61,828 nt of DNA, filler included, from Platydemus manokwari (GCA_037951405.1; 5 parts of 5 records of this genome joined end to end with filler, not necessarily neighbours in it), one strand, 5' to 3'; positions 13,001 to 27,480 are shown, numbered from the whole stretch's first letter. Notes: a model not told the origin generated them from the sequence alone. Numbers and translations are program-made.

Positions 13001-14939
13001 AATGTTGAGCCATTTTAATGGAAATTTTGTTAAAATCTTTATCCATAAATAAAAAAAATAAAGAATAAATTATAATTCCATTAGGATCAAGTGAGTACGA
13101 TTATGAAAAGTCTGCTTTAAAGAAGGAAGAAAAAGAAGTTAGATAAAGTAGCAATGTTGTATTATTTAATGAACGATTTGTTTGGCTTAAGGTTCTATTT
13201 GGTATTTGTGATTTTAAATACTAAAAATTAGAGCAACTTCAAACAATAAAAAATCAAAAGGAGCATTTAAACAATGAGTATATTAAAACGAAAACAAATA
13301 GCCACTTAATTTCATAGGCTTGGTCTTTGATCTACTAACAATTACATGAATAATACCACTGATAGTTCGATTTCAAAGTGATTTTTATTCACTAATACCA
13401 AAAAGAGCACTTTAATTATTAGTTCATCAGTTGATTCAAAAACATTTGTTGATATTTTATTGTAATATTATTTGGTTATTAATTAATATAGATTTTTATC
13501 TACGATAATTATCGATAATATCTGTTTAAAATTTTCATTATTTAAATGATAGCATAATAAATCACTCTCGTGCCTCTGAAATATCTTTGAGAATGGATTC
13601 ATTTTAATAAAACAATACAAGTAAACAAATTAAATCAATAAATTACTGACATTCGAATACAACGGAATAAGTTATTAAAAACAACATTTGTACAATGCTG
13701 TAAATTTTACTATGACCCGCTAATCTTTAAAGAATTGTTTTTTCTGCACATAATTTGAGAATTAATTTGATTAAGAATCTAATTAAAAATTTTCATAAAG
13801 AATAAATACAAGAATCAATGTTGCCATCAAACAGCAATATTATATGATGAAGTGACATCGGAATGAGATGATCAAAACAAGTTATGATATTTACCCACTA
13901 ATGAGGAAATAATTTGAATTGAAAAAATCGTTATAAATACGGAACATAGAATGGATTTGAATTTAAATTTTTCACGAAGAAGAAACAAAAAGGAAAAATT
14001 TCAAATCTTAGAAGTTCAATTTAGACAACCAATACGAGGTACTGACACAAAAACTTAATTATATAATGGCAGTTTTATCCATATTTAATAAAACACCTGC
14101 AATTCCAAGGATAACATGCTGATAACCGAGATAATTTTACCCAAACTATTCGAACGCACTATCAACACTATCAATATATATTTCAGCAAACCAGCAGTTA
14201 AACATGGGGTACACTATGGATGAGCTAGAAGTGGATATTTTGTGTCGTTTTGAGAAGAAATATGCAGACATCACTGAAAAAACTGATAGAATATGAAAAC
14301 ATTTATCAATATTAAATAATGATGAATGATGGATAAAGATAATGCAAGAAAATATAAATGTTCAAAAACTAATAGGAATATTTTGTGATTTGATAGATAA
14401 AACGCGAGATGAAAAGATAATTAGAGAAAATAGAGAGAGATTTCATAATTAAGTGTGGAAAATAGTGTAACGTACAAAAAGTACATACGTGCAGTTATAA
14501 GATTAATGAAGTTACCGACACGTGAATAACAAGTCATAATAGGAATACCTTAGTATGAAAAAAATGATACAATTGAAACAGCAATTAATCCCCAACCCAT
14601 GTTGAGGGTAGCACCCAACCCGAGACCAATAGACGTTTAAAACAACAATTAATATATCTGCATCTCATACAAGCTACTGACGTCCTCTGTGACCAGTGTA
14701 CGTAAATATTAACAACAACCAAAATTAATAAATAAAAAAATATTAAAAAGTAAGGAAACATATGACAAATAGGAAGAATTGATGCAAAAAATCGGAAAAT
14801 AAAAAAGAAAAAAAGAGGAAGATGAATATGAAATGGAAATCCTGGTTTCTCATAAGCATTGAGAATAGTTATTATAAGTAAATAAAATTAGTATGATTGT
14901 AATTATTGTATTATAAAAAAGTGATTTAAGAGTTTGTTG

Positions 14940-15590
14940 TTTTTTGTAAATAGGTTCATAAAATAGATTATTAAGCTCAATTAAATATCTACTAAGTGAT
15001 CAAATATATGCCCAACATATTTACATAAATCATCCAAATCAACAACCTTCTCTATATGTTTGGCACAAAAAAAACTTAATGAAAATATAAACTTTTAAAT
15101 AAATTCAATCTCGAAGCCATTTTAACTGTGTAATCATAAAGATCTCAAATTGTGCAACATGTTATCTAATATCATATAAACAGAATTTGACAATCTGAAT
15201 ATTATCCATTGAAAATTGCTGCTATCGAAATTGTACAAAATCTTAAATGCTCTGCTGAATTTCCGAAAGAAATAGATGTTAGACAAAAGGAGCATATGTC
15301 AATCAACTTTGAAATAAATTGTAGATTAGTTCTTTTGAGAATAATAAATTTAAAATAAATTATTTCAATTAGGTTCTGAACATTGTGCCCAACATTTCAA
15401 TAAACAATTTGCATTGATATAAGGCCTTGGTAAAATCTTTTAATTCTTAGGACAATTTTAAACTGTGATCCAAATATATTACAAAATTTCCATCTTCACT
15501 CAAACCATTCCATAAAATCGAATCCAAGGGTAATATAAAAAATCTTCAAAAACATTACTCCAGGTATCCCGAAAGGTATAAAATCTCAAT
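14940..15590 (+). mobile_element. Highly decayed LINE (CR1/L2-like) reverse transcriptase and thumb remnant
   Basis: Fragments occur in the expected order across frames: NRLLSSIKY (H.RLL.KL), *YKALVKS (LYKALVR), KIES, YPERYKI (Y.ERL). Confidence 0.35.
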
Positions 15591-18500
15591 GCTGGTTTTG
15601 TGTTGCTAAAAGGATGTTAACAAAGTCAACAGTGTGAGTTCTTGATAATCAATTCATGTTAAATTTATGTTTATAGGTTTTAAAAAAAACTTTGCACGAA
15701 TTAATAATTGAAATTTTATTTAATATCGAATCACAAACTTGTGCATCCAATTTAAATCACGTGAATAATTTATAACAATCAGAATGGTGATTTTTGATGA
15801 TATCGTGAGAGCTAATTTACAAATTTAATGATTTTAGTTGATAAATTTTTAAGATAATATTATTATAGATCCAAAAGAATCGAATCATTTTAGATGTTCC
15901 ACAAAATTATTTAATACATGTCTTTACCGGAATTAATGTAATAACTGTTTTCCGACTCAGATGATTTTGGATAATTATTTCAATGGTCGGTTACAAATTT
16001 TCGGTACAGAGTAACTTCAATCTTCAAATTTTTCTCAAAAATTCAAACTTCTAAATATTGTCAAATTTCTTTAGAATTCAAATTAGAAAAAAGTCAGTCA
16101 ACTTAAATACTACTTAACTTTAGGTATTTAGTACCTGTCAACTATCTGGGAATTTTATTGTTTTTCGGTACTTTTTACAGTTATTTTAATATAATTTACA
16201 AAAATCTAAATAATCATTTAATAAATTTTAAAAGAATTAATATAAATAAGTAAAATAAATTAAATCAAATTAAGAAATTAATAAAGTTTAATGAACGTAC
16301 AATTTTGTAATTCTACAGATAATTTTTTGTACCAAAATAACTTAATTTCTTTCTGTTCGAATCCTGTTGCAAATAAGAAAATTTTTTGAACATTCAAAAT
16401 AAAAATTAATTAATGTAGATATAAATTTAAAACTGAAATTCAAGGGAAGTGTTTTATTTAATTTCTGTTTGGCAAACCTAGAATAACATTTTTAACTTAA
16501 ATAAAGTGTTAATTTTAAAGATTATTTTTTGACAACCGTACTTCCTGTATCTATTTGTGTCTTTCATATTCTATTTTAACTTAAACAATGAGATTTCTTA
16601 TTAATTTAGCATATGTTGAAAATATTTTGCAATAATCATGTTGTTTAAATAATATTAAATTTATTTAAAAATTCGATTTTGAAATTTCACGTGGATTTTG
16701 AATTTAATTTTTAAGATTCCAAAATTTGAGAAATTCAGCTCCTATAAAGCTGAATTGGTAACAATATAAAGTTTTTTCGTCATTTTTACAATGTATCTCA
16801 ATTATTATGAAATTCGTGAATTTATGATGTTTTTACAATATATTTTCTCATTTGTTTTCTGAATTAATTATGAAATTTATAATTATTGATAAAATACATA
16901 TTTATTAATTAACATTACTTTAAGAGATAACCAGACCACTTAGCTTATCTTGCCTTACAAATAGATAATCTATTACCGATGCTTCTATTTCACTGGGATT
17001 CTTTCAATTTCGGTTGGTTTAACTCATCAAATTTTTCTTCGAAGTGACTAGATATCAATTTGTTTGTCGCTGCATTGTTCTCTCCATTATTAACATTTTA
17101 TAATGTTGGCTTGTATCTATTGGTCAGAATCTTTTTTCGAGTTTCTTTTGTGTGCATATTGTCCCCATTAAGTCATCATCTGTTTTTGTGGAAGATCTAT
17201 TGTTCACTTTTTTCAGATTTGTATGTCGAATATCTTTCGTTGATATTGATTGTGAAGAATTATCGTGATTGGTGTCAATTTTTAAAGTCTGGTTGGGAAT
17301 GTGTACCATTGGTGTGGGATTTCAATTTTTCATCACAAAGGGTCGTTTTTGTATTTACAGTTCTTATTATTGCTCACTTATTTGGGGTTTGTAGATTTCT
17401 TGTCTGCTACATTCTGTTTTATTGTTCATGATTTTATTGTGGTCTGTGGTTTTGGACTTTTTAATCGGCTATAATTAACTTACATAATAACCAATTTTTC
17501 TTTTCATATTCTGTGTCAATAGAACTCTTGAGATTATCAGGAAATGATATCATCTCTTATTCCAGTTAATCTTTGAATATGAGTTTATTTGGCACCTCAT
17601 TTTTGGCGATATATTCATTTCTGTTGTTCATGGATCTTGAGTGCTTTGCCTACTGAGTAAGTTTAGATGGAGGAAAAGTTTTCTCCTGAGATGTAAATAT
17701 TCCATAAATGAATTTATTTTAAATGATTTAAATACACCAAAATGAAAATCCAATCGCAGTATTAATATTCAAGCATAAAATGGAAGATTTTAATTCACGC
17801 CAGAAATACGCATAACAAATGTAAATGTTGTAGAACATTCTAGCAGGGTTTTGTAATAACATTTACTAGCTTATTGATAATTACGATAATCTATGCAAAT
17901 TGAGATTTGGTTTTCTAATATTTATAATTGTTGCTTGATACATTGGTTTTATTTATTTTATTCTTTGAAATAAAAAGGAGCTTTGATAATCCGTATGGTG
18001 ATGAAACTATTGGGAAATTTACGACTGAAAAAATCAAAATATGTTAACTTATCTTTATAGTTGATTTCATCGTAGGTATCTCAGAAGATATGGATATATT
18101 CAATTGATAAGGAATAAATCATATACACGATTATGCAATTAATACCATGTGTCAATTATAATTGCTATAGAAAAATACTTTGATAATTTAATAAAGTTTA
18201 TTTATGAAAAATGAAAATATATTCAACAAATGTTAAAGTATTATATCGATAATATTCAACATGTTAAAATTCGATTAACAAATGGTGCCAACTGAGTACT
18301 TGAAATCATAGCTTAAGCATCTTTCAGCCATGATTGAAAATGGAATATGCACTCGCCATGCTAACAGAGGTCATCAAATAAACAAATGGCTTTTTACGAA
18401 TCAAATTATTGACTAAATTTCTGCAATCTCAATAAGTTTCTATTTATCAAACCTGTCGGTGAATTTTCTCCAATTCTAATCTCGAAGTGTTGTTCCAGTG

Positions 18501-21500
18501 GTGGTGCTTATTGTAGTGTTATATTGAAGTGGTTTTGTTTTTAGTAGTTTTCAATTGTTTATTGTAATGGCTTTTATGCTGAATGAGTACTATCTCCCTG
18601 TCACTCAACTAATTTGAATAAACTTGACAATTTTCGATCAAAAACTAGAATATTTTATTCTTCATTTTCATTCTTTTCTCAGCCTTTATTGTTTATTTCA
18701 TTCACATCTAGTTATTCATTTTTTCTCATTGTCTTTAAATTAATTGATTTGATGATTTTCATTATTTTTCATTACATATTGTAATTACTTATTTATTTTT
18801 ATTATCCTTATTGTTTTTTTCAACAGTTAATTATCTATAATTTTTATTTATTATCATCAATTATATTTCCATTATTATTATTAGAAATACTAAGTAATTT
18901 AAAAACATCAAGCCACCAAGAACGAACAATGGCGATGATGCTCTCCCGTCACACAAGGACATTTTATAATTCTCATTTCTTATCCTCATTACTCAAACAT
19001 CAATAAAGACTCATTTGGAATAGAAGGATATTACCTTATAAGCATTTAAATAAATCAAAATCTATTTGCATTATCGAAATCATTATGATACAAGGCCAAA
19101 AGATTTCATTCGGGCTGTCATCAGTTCATTGAATCTATCAATCAATTTGGTCATTGAACTGATAAATCCAAAACATCGTATTTTTCTGAGTTTAGGAAAA
19201 TTCAAAATGAAGTACTCATCCATTTTGATCTTTAAATACACATTTTATTCTGTAGAAAGTATTGATTTATTAGACACTAACTGACTCCGACAATAAACAT
19301 TATCAGGTATAAATGAGTGCATACAATGGGGTTAGGGTTGTCCTCGAGATGAGATCGAGGTCTTCATGGAGCAGAAACAGTTTCGCAAATTCTATCTTAA
19401 ACATCTAGAGCCGCTCGAACAACACATAAAATCAAAAAAATGCCGATGAAAATTCATTGAAAAAGTATTTGAACATGCTCGACAGTTGCTTAATAATATT
19501 ATCTGAAAACGTTATTTATGACGATAATGATTGAGCAAAATAAATAATAAATGAGAAAAGGAGATAAATTGTAATTTATAATAGTTGAAGTAGTTAGAAC
19601 ATACGATACTCTAGCAAACGATGTGCGAGAACATAGAAAATCATGAAGAAGAACAATCGTAGGCTGTTTAAGAAATGTTAAATGATTATGATATCTAGAC
19701 ATCATGAGAAGTATTCTCTGAGACAAGCCGACAAGATGAAAAGAGAGAACGAAAGGAAAATAGAATGAGGCTGACAAACAACGACATCAACAAGAGAATG
19801 ATGAATACTTAGATGTTACCTGCAATGAAATGCCATTAGATGAAATAATAAATTTATTTATATAAAATAAGATCTATTATAAAATATTATACAAAATAAA
19901 ATAAAAAGATTATGATTTTATTAAAACGAAAATAAAATGATTATATATATTTATTATAGCGCAAGGAAGGTATTAAAATTGATTAGCTACAAAATAATCG
20001 TGACTTATTTAGGAAAATCAACATATGAAATTAAGCGATCAAAATAGCGTGCAAAAAATAAATAGCGATATTATTTTAGCCATTATTAATAAAATCCGAT
20101 TAATTACTACAAAATAAATTTATGACTACTATAAAGGGTACAAATAAAAGTGCCAGAAGCAGAAATCAACCCAAATTTAATTTTCATGAACAAACTTCAG
20201 TGAATACTTTTAATCTAAAATAAGTTTTGCTCGAATAAGTGATTGTTTAAAGTTAGTTTGTAAATAAGGAATAGAAATCTAATTTGAATAGTTGCGAAAT
20301 AATTAGAATTGTAATGAGATTGATTTTATTGTTACTGAAATCGTAAATTGTGATCGATAAATTAGACAAAGATAATTGAACTTGTTACTAACCATCCTAC
20401 AGTTGGTCATCCAAGTTTCAAACATATTCTAGTCCTTTAGTGTAATATATTTTTTCTCAAAAAGAATGACATCATTCATATCCAGTTTACAAATAAAGTT
20501 TTAGCTTGGTCACGGATGTCGCATTCCCTAATACTCAGATAAATCAAACTCAAAAAACCCGCACACAGACACAAATCCAAATACAAAGGAATTTAATTTT
20601 GATAAATCGATGACTTTCTGGAGATTTGAATTATTATTTTTCTTAAATTTCTTTTTCATATGAGCAATTGAAATTTCGCCGACAAAAATTTTAATTTTAA
20701 TTTACAATTTATTTATCTGTGCTGCCGCCTTTTTGTAAAGGATGAAATCGGGATTGGGACTTCAATAAACGACTGATCTGAATGCAGATGAGCAGTCTGT
20801 GCTCCGTACGCTGTATAAAGTGAAATAACTTAGATTTGAAAATCGGTTATAATTTTTAAATATCAGGTATTGAGTGTGACAAATATATTTCTCATTAATT
20901 TTAGCAATATTATTATTAAAAAAATTATTCAATTGTCACAATAAGTGTAGTTCTATAAATTGTGGAGTCGATAAGTGTAAATTTCAATAAATTAGTTATT
21001 ATTGTCATTATTGTATTATTCCGATATGTTTTACTGAAATTATATTTCCCTGTAAAATAAGTTGCATTATTGTCTTTGCTTTAGTTAATGTTTGGTAACA
21101 ATTTTAGTCATTTATTTTATTTAAAAAATATTGGGACTGGCATTTAAATACCACGAGTGCACAACTACACATGTTTAGTAGCCAGACAATAAGAGAGGAT
21201 GTAAATGAAATATTCTAATTCCAAAAATATACATAACAACACAGTAACACATACACATAGGAACTGACCAATCCCGAGTACACAAAATCAATAGATCCTA
21301 TTGGAACTAAGAAATTAAAGATAAAATCAAACTGTGATACACAGTTTACATACAAATTCCAAGCATTAATACTCGTGTATTAATATGGACTCTAACATTA
21401 ATTGTTTCTACAACGTTGCGTTATTTTAGAACACTGATTAGCGACGCTATTATTTCCACATTTAAATATTAAAAGGTCTTTTACCTCTTAAAAATGATTA

Positions 21501-22454
21501 AAAATAATTATTAGCAATGAATAATAATTCCTATTATTTGTTATCGTAAGTACTTTAGCAAGTTGATCTCCTTGACTTGATTATAGATAACACATTGAGG
21601 ATCTCTTCTTAAATAACCAGAAATACACTATAAAAGAAATTCTTCTAAATTTTAAATATTCTACCTTATTATGTCATACTGACACTGGTAGTTTCAAACC
21701 AATCAATAATGAAAATGCTCTGTATGATTTTGTATTTCTCTCAAAATTCAAACGAAAATGTTTAACCAACAGTTAATGGAGCAAAATTTGGGGAAATAAC
21801 TATTAGTTCCAAACCTTTAACGGGTGAGAAAACTTTCCACCAACAATTTAATTACCACTTACTAAAAATTTCGCCTACAAAAAACTAAAAAGTAATTTAT
21901 TTCATCACAGAAAAAATTTAAAAAATTTCTGAAAATATTGCTAAATAAGAATTAAACATGAGATTCTCAATTTGTTAAGCTATTGCCAGAGGCGATTTCA
22001 GTTATAATGAACTACAGCCAAAATCAATCCTTTTTTTTACAGAGAATATCCAATAGAAAAAAATAACGAATTCAGTTTCGATTAATAAAGAAAAATGTCA
22101 CATTTGACATTTACGATTAAATTAGAATTCAAAATTAAGGTTTGTATTTGTTACTATTTGATTGAAATTATCAATAATATTGTAATTCGATAAATTTTCT
22201 ATTGGACATTGAGGGTAGTTTTGAATGATTTTGATAAAGGATAATATTGGTAAATTTATAACACAAGACATGCTACAATAGCAAAAAAACATGATTATAA
22301 TATTTAACAATTTGTCGACTGTTTACGAACAAATAAATTTTAAACTGTGTATTAGACATTCGGATTAATTAATTTATTGTTGTGCCTGGTTTGTTTTAAT
22401 ATTGAATTATTTATATTAAGTTAAACCAATAATTTAAAGTAAAATTAATTTTGC

Positions 22455-23050
22455 TGTTTAAATTAAGAGCAGGGTCTTTTGACTTACTTCCGTAATAATT
22501 GATTTTAGCGCATGAGATAATTTCATAATTTAATTTTATACATAACTGCCCTGTTGGCTGTATTCGTATAATTCAGTGAATATCTCACCTTTTAGGATGT
22601 CTAATAGAGACAAAACAGTTTTAAAATCAAGTTCCTATTCCAACCACAACACTTCTATATGATTATTTAAGTTTTTAGATTTAAATTTTTATAATTATAA
22701 ATCGAGTTAGTTAACTACAGACATGTTTAATAATATCATTGCTTATTTTTATAAAATAATTGTAAAAATTGGTAGTATCTCAAAAATTTGCTTCTAATGT
22801 TTAAAAAGCGGATCCTCGCTAATTTTCAACCTACCTTGATCCCTTTTTCTAATGATCTAATTTTAGGAGATTTTAAAGCTCAAGTGAATTTATTATTTTA
22901 TTTCAAACAACTAAAATTCTTGCGAAATACTTAAATAAAAAATTCAAAATGTTTTTAAAGAATATTTTTAAATAAACTATATAGATTTTCGCAATACACT
23001 CAACAAATTAAACATTTTAATTTACTGATCCCTTTTCTTAACTTTAGCCA
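22455..23050 (-). mobile_element. MITE family A, apparently full-length (~595 bp) with imperfect ~20-bp TIRs
   Basis: Left end TGTTTAAATTAAGAGCAGGG and right end CCCTTTTCTTAACTTTAGCC. The interior matches 3744-4315 and 43474-44016. No ORF. Confidence 0.8.
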
Positions 23051-23369
23051 ATTTTGCTAATATATTTTCTGCTTTACCATTAACTATTTTAGTTTATTTT
23101 TAAAATCAAAATTTTAAATATATTAATAATTTAAAATTATTTTACGTTTTATATAGAAGAGAAAAACACTAAAATATAATTAAATTATATTAACGCTCAC
23201 AACAACCGTGGGATCTTGCAATGATCAAAATAATCAATTGTTTTGTCCGAGAGTTGCTGTTGGTTAGAATAAAAGATTTTGGTATCAAAATAGGATAATT
23301 GAAAAACATCAATTGATGATGACAAACAATCTATTCTTTGATGATTCAAAATTATGACAAAATCACAAT

Positions 23370-24620
23370 TTACACATAATCTTCTCTTTTATTTTTGCCT
23401 TGATCAAGTCCCATGAGAACGGAAGAACTGAAAGCAATATTTACTTCACCACATTCTTCTTCTTTTTGAGGACTACTACTTGGCTTGCTGAAACTGACAA
23501 ATGAACCACCTGTAACATCATCAGGTATATCTACAGTTGGCAACTGGCTAGATGCTACACTTATCTCTGGGCTTTTGTTTGGATTGTTAATGCTTGAAAT
23601 AGGTCTACCGAGACCAGTGAGATTAGTCGGAAATAGCGGACATTCCACAGTGGTGAACTTTCTACGAAACATAAAATTGTTGGACGAATCCTTAGTACCA
23701 ATTGCAAATTTTCCTTTATTAATGCCTTTGTGACCATTAACTTTGGTTTTCTTACCAGTATGCGACAAATCCTTTTCCAATTCTTTCAAATACTTGTCTT
23801 CATTCAGCTGATTTTTCATATACATGTAATATGTATTAAAGTTGTTACCAATGATAGGAATAGCCAAACCCGTCAATATACAACCACAAATCGCAGTGAG
23901 AGAACCCACTAAATATCCAGGTCCACCTCTTGGATAACTGTCACCATATCCTACAGTCGTTAAAGTAATAATTGACCACCAAAAAGCTTTTGGTATATCA
24001 TGAAAAGTAGCGCCTTCTTTATATTCAGCCATATAAATGAGAGATGAGAAAAGAAACATGCCATTCATTAATAGAAATGCAAGAAGTACCAACTCAGGAA
24101 TACTCTTCTTGATAGTTAGCATTAAAACACGAAGACCTCGAGAAAATTTTGATATTTTAAATATTCGCAATATTCTTAGAGATTGTGTCATTGATAGAAC
24201 ATTGAGTGCCCAGAGAATCGATGCGTCTTGGGTCAAATTTTGGTTCAGAGCAGATGGATAATAATAATAAAAATAAAAAAGAGAAGTGTAAATCCAATAT
24301 GATGACATTATACAAATATCTAGAATACATATAGATGATTTGAGAAATTTCATCTTGTATGGTGCTAGGAAGAGTTTCAGAAAAAATTCAATGGTAAAAA
24401 TAATATTGAGCAAAACATCTAAAAGAACCAATGAAGTGAGTGGTTCAGTGGTACAATCACGTCTGATTTTTCTGTTGGTATCAATATTGTACTGACTACA
24501 GACGCTACTGTCATTATAATTGAGGTGTCGTCTTGTTGTTTTCCGAAACGCTTCATGGGTCGATAGACAGAAACACATGAATGAAGTAATCATCATTCCA
24601 AGGAGCACTGCTGCCCAAAC
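23370..24620 (-). CDS. Voltage-gated K+ channel, Shaw/Kv3-like; exon encoding S1-S6 and the C-terminus
   Basis: TTTAG acceptor at 24622-24621, then VWAAVLLGMMITS...FCLSTHEAF (S1), FTIEF (S2), S4 LRILRIFKISKFSRGLRVL, pore IPKAFWWSIITLTTVGYGD and S6 LAIPIIGNNF. The T1 exon is missing. Confidence 0.95.
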   Translation of the reverse strand, partial: VWAAVLLGMMITSFMCFCLSTHEAFRKTTRRHLNYNDSSVCSQYNIDTNRKIRRDCTTEPLTSLVLLDVLLNIIFTIEFFLKLFLAPYKMKFLKSSICILDICIMSSYWIYTSLFYFYYYYPSALNQNLTQDASILWALNVLSMTQSLRILRIFKISKFSRGLRVLMLTIKKSIPELVLLAFLLMNGMFLFSSLIYMAEYKEGATFHDIPKAFWWSIITLTTVGYGDSYPRGGPGYLVGSLTAICGCILTGLAIPIIGNNFNTYYMYMKNQLNEDKYLKELEKDLSHTGKKTKVNGHKGINKGKFAIGTKDSSNNFMFRRKFTTVECPLFPTNLTGLGRPISSINNPNKSPEISVASSQLPTVDIPDDVTGGSFVSFSKPSSSPQKEEECGEVNIAFSSSVLMGLDQGKNKREDYV

Positions 24621-25967
24621 CTAAATGGATTTCGATTAAAATTATGGAACTGCTAATGAAATATTATTTTAAGTTGAAAAATATATTTTCATCAATTAAT
24701 CTCAATCATTTCAAACTATAATGATGGCATCATCAATGAAATCTACTGAATAGAAATATAATTTGTATTTTCAATATATTTTTATTAATTTCTTTTTTAC
24801 TGTCTGTGTCACACAATATATCCGTAATAATCGATTTAATCTATGCGTCGTTTGATCCCAAAATAGTATTTAGAAGACAAAGAAATAAATGAGAGTTTTT
24901 TTTTTAATTTCGTTATTTCTTTAAAAATATTATGTCGTTTCTATTAACAGCTTTGTTAGAAATTTATTTTTCCCGTCTTAATTCTAATTGTTGGTAGAGA
25001 ATTTGAGAAAGATTCCATTGATGAATTCCATGGATATCGGATAGATATTTCTGTTAATATTTTTCGGGAAATTTTGAAATTTAATTATAGATCAACTGAC
25101 AGATCTGATGAGATAACACTAACGAAATACACCAACAAAATACCAATAGGTCAGAATTTTTCCAAATGAAATCCTTTCTCGATCAATATTTATTATACGT
25201 GATTCCCAATTTGTTAGCATTTGATATCGATTATTATTAATAATATTATTATTGCTTTTATTATTATAACAATCTAATAATTACGAAGTCTACATTTAAA
25301 ATTGATAAATTTAAACAATTTAATAAATCTCTTCAAATAATATCGACAAATATAAGTGCACAAGTGTGTGCTTCTAACCTAAATATAAATATTCTACTTT
25401 TAATATTCATTATTCGATCAGACTTATCAGTGTGGAGTTTATATTTATTAAACCGTTATTGATTAATAAATCATAAAACACGAATAGATAATAAATTATT
25501 TAGTTAATTATATATTTTCTTTCGATCAAAATTTCATGTTTATCAGTTTTGTTATTTCATAAACACGATAACTGAAAAATATAAATAAACATTCTTATGT
25601 ATCCGTGCTTGATTTGTATTGGTTTATCATTTTATAATTTATACACCAACGCTTTAAATAATATTTAAAATAAATAAAGAATGAAAAACAAAAATGCCGT
25701 TGTTCGATTGACGATATAAAATCAAATTTTGTCATTTAATTTTAGATTTGTCTAAAATGTTGAGAGCACTTATATTTGAACAGTTTTGACTTACTGGTCA
25801 TTTAAATGACCAACATTATCCACAAGTTCATTCTCGATTACAATAAGTTTTACTCCTGAATCCATTGGATATAAAATATCAAATCTATTAATATATAAAG
25901 TTCAAATTAGGCATTTTATCCACAATAGCTTATTGAATCGTATCGTTTATGATTCCATTTATTTCCG

Positions 25968-26067
25968 NNNNNNNNNNNNNNNNNNNNNNNNNNNNNNNNN
26001 NNNNNNNNNNNTTAATTAATTAANNNNNNNNNNNNNNNNNNNNNNNNNNNNNNNNNNNNNNNNNNNN
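25968..26067. other. Artificial assembly spacer
   Basis: 44 N + TTAATTAATTAA + 44 N. Confidence 0.98.
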
Positions 26068-26379
26068 AAAATGATATATACTGCGTTTGATAGCTTATAT
26101 AAACACCTTTCTAAAAAAGTATTACCATACGACATTATATGCAATCAATACACCCAGCAACATCTTTTATCAAATCGAAATTTTAAGGTTATACACCCAA
26201 TATTTAAACACCAAAGCTATGCAAATTCCTGAACATTTGAAAATAGAGTCTTTATTAAATTACATAGATACTGGTATATTGTCAGAGTTAAAATCCTATT
26301 TAAATTGCCCAGGCAATATACCTTCAATTTAGAAACTTCTTATTGATATGTAAAAGAAGAAAAATTTCACACTTACACC

Positions 26380-27480
26380 ACATATGGTGGTCTTAAAACT
26401 TTATAAATGGCCGATAAAAGATATTTCAAAAAGAGTTTAAATTTCCGTGGCTGGAATTAATATGGAAAATAAGAAAGAAGTTTTCAAGAAAATTAAGAGC
26501 TACTTAACAAGAGCTATAAATTTAGGCTGAAGCAATTGAACTCCAAGATTCTAAATGATCAAGTTAGGAAATAAGCCAATATCCAAATTTCTGGATTTGT
26601 TGTTGGAACTGAAGCTCATAAAAATCAGACGGAAAGATTAAAGATTAATGCAAGATTGAAGACTGAGAAATTAATACTCAAGCTATACATTGCTAAGTTA
26701 AAATTACGCGACAACTTTTCGAAAATAAAATTGCAAGAGCTAGCAATGAAGACTGTAATTTCTTTCAAGCGAGCTCATCATGGTAAGACTATTAAATGCC
26801 TTGGATGTGGTGGTCCACATCTGTAAAGAATCAGTTGACCAATTTTTAAGAATTTCAAATATTTAAATACCAAAGAAAGAAACATCACATCAGAAGCAAA
26901 TAATGTATCAAGCTTAGATACACTTTCTGAGACAGATTGTATTACGTTGGATATGGGTGTCTGGAAATGAGTTGAATCACGAAAATTTAGGCATAAATAT
27001 TTAAAATCAATCGAGGACAATAATGTACAGTTTGTAAATGGGTAAGGAGCTAAACCAAGCTGAATATTGACAAAATCAGTTGTGATTATAATTAATCGAA
27101 GACCAGAAAATGAATAAAAGTAAACCAATAGTCAACTGCAAGGTTGAAAATGAGAAAGTGAAGATACTGTTTGACGTAATAATTGATACCTAACGTAATA
27201 ATGAAAGATTTGATCAATTGATGCTTGAAAAACGACTTTTCAATCAAAATGGGATCTCCTGACAGGATTATATCTGCAAACGGGTCAATAATAAAACCTT
27301 CAGAATTGGTTTATTTAATAGTTGCGATTGGCGAAGAACAATTATTTCAATATTTTGACATAGTACCAGAACGATTCCCAAAATGTTTTATTGGGATGGG
27401 TTATATTAACAAGAAAAGCATTTAGGTCTTACCTAGTAAAGATTGCACTACGACAAAAGGGATGGAGATACCTTTTGTTT
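26380..27480 (+). mobile_element. Decayed Ty3/Gypsy-type gag-protease region
   Basis: Zinc-knuckle remnant IKCLGCGGPHL*R at ~26790. Aspartic protease remnant KPIVNCKVENEKVKILFD at ~27122, followed by IISANGSIIK...LIVAIG...FDIVPERFPKCFIGM. Many stop codons. Confidence 0.65.

Noticed and set aside
17060-17431. 123-aa hydrophobic ORF
   Set aside because: It comes from a T-rich strand, has a TTG start and no motif. It is likely the antisense of a decayed A-rich TE region.
23485-24261. Three plus-strand ORFs
   Set aside because: They are antisense shadows of the Kv exon.
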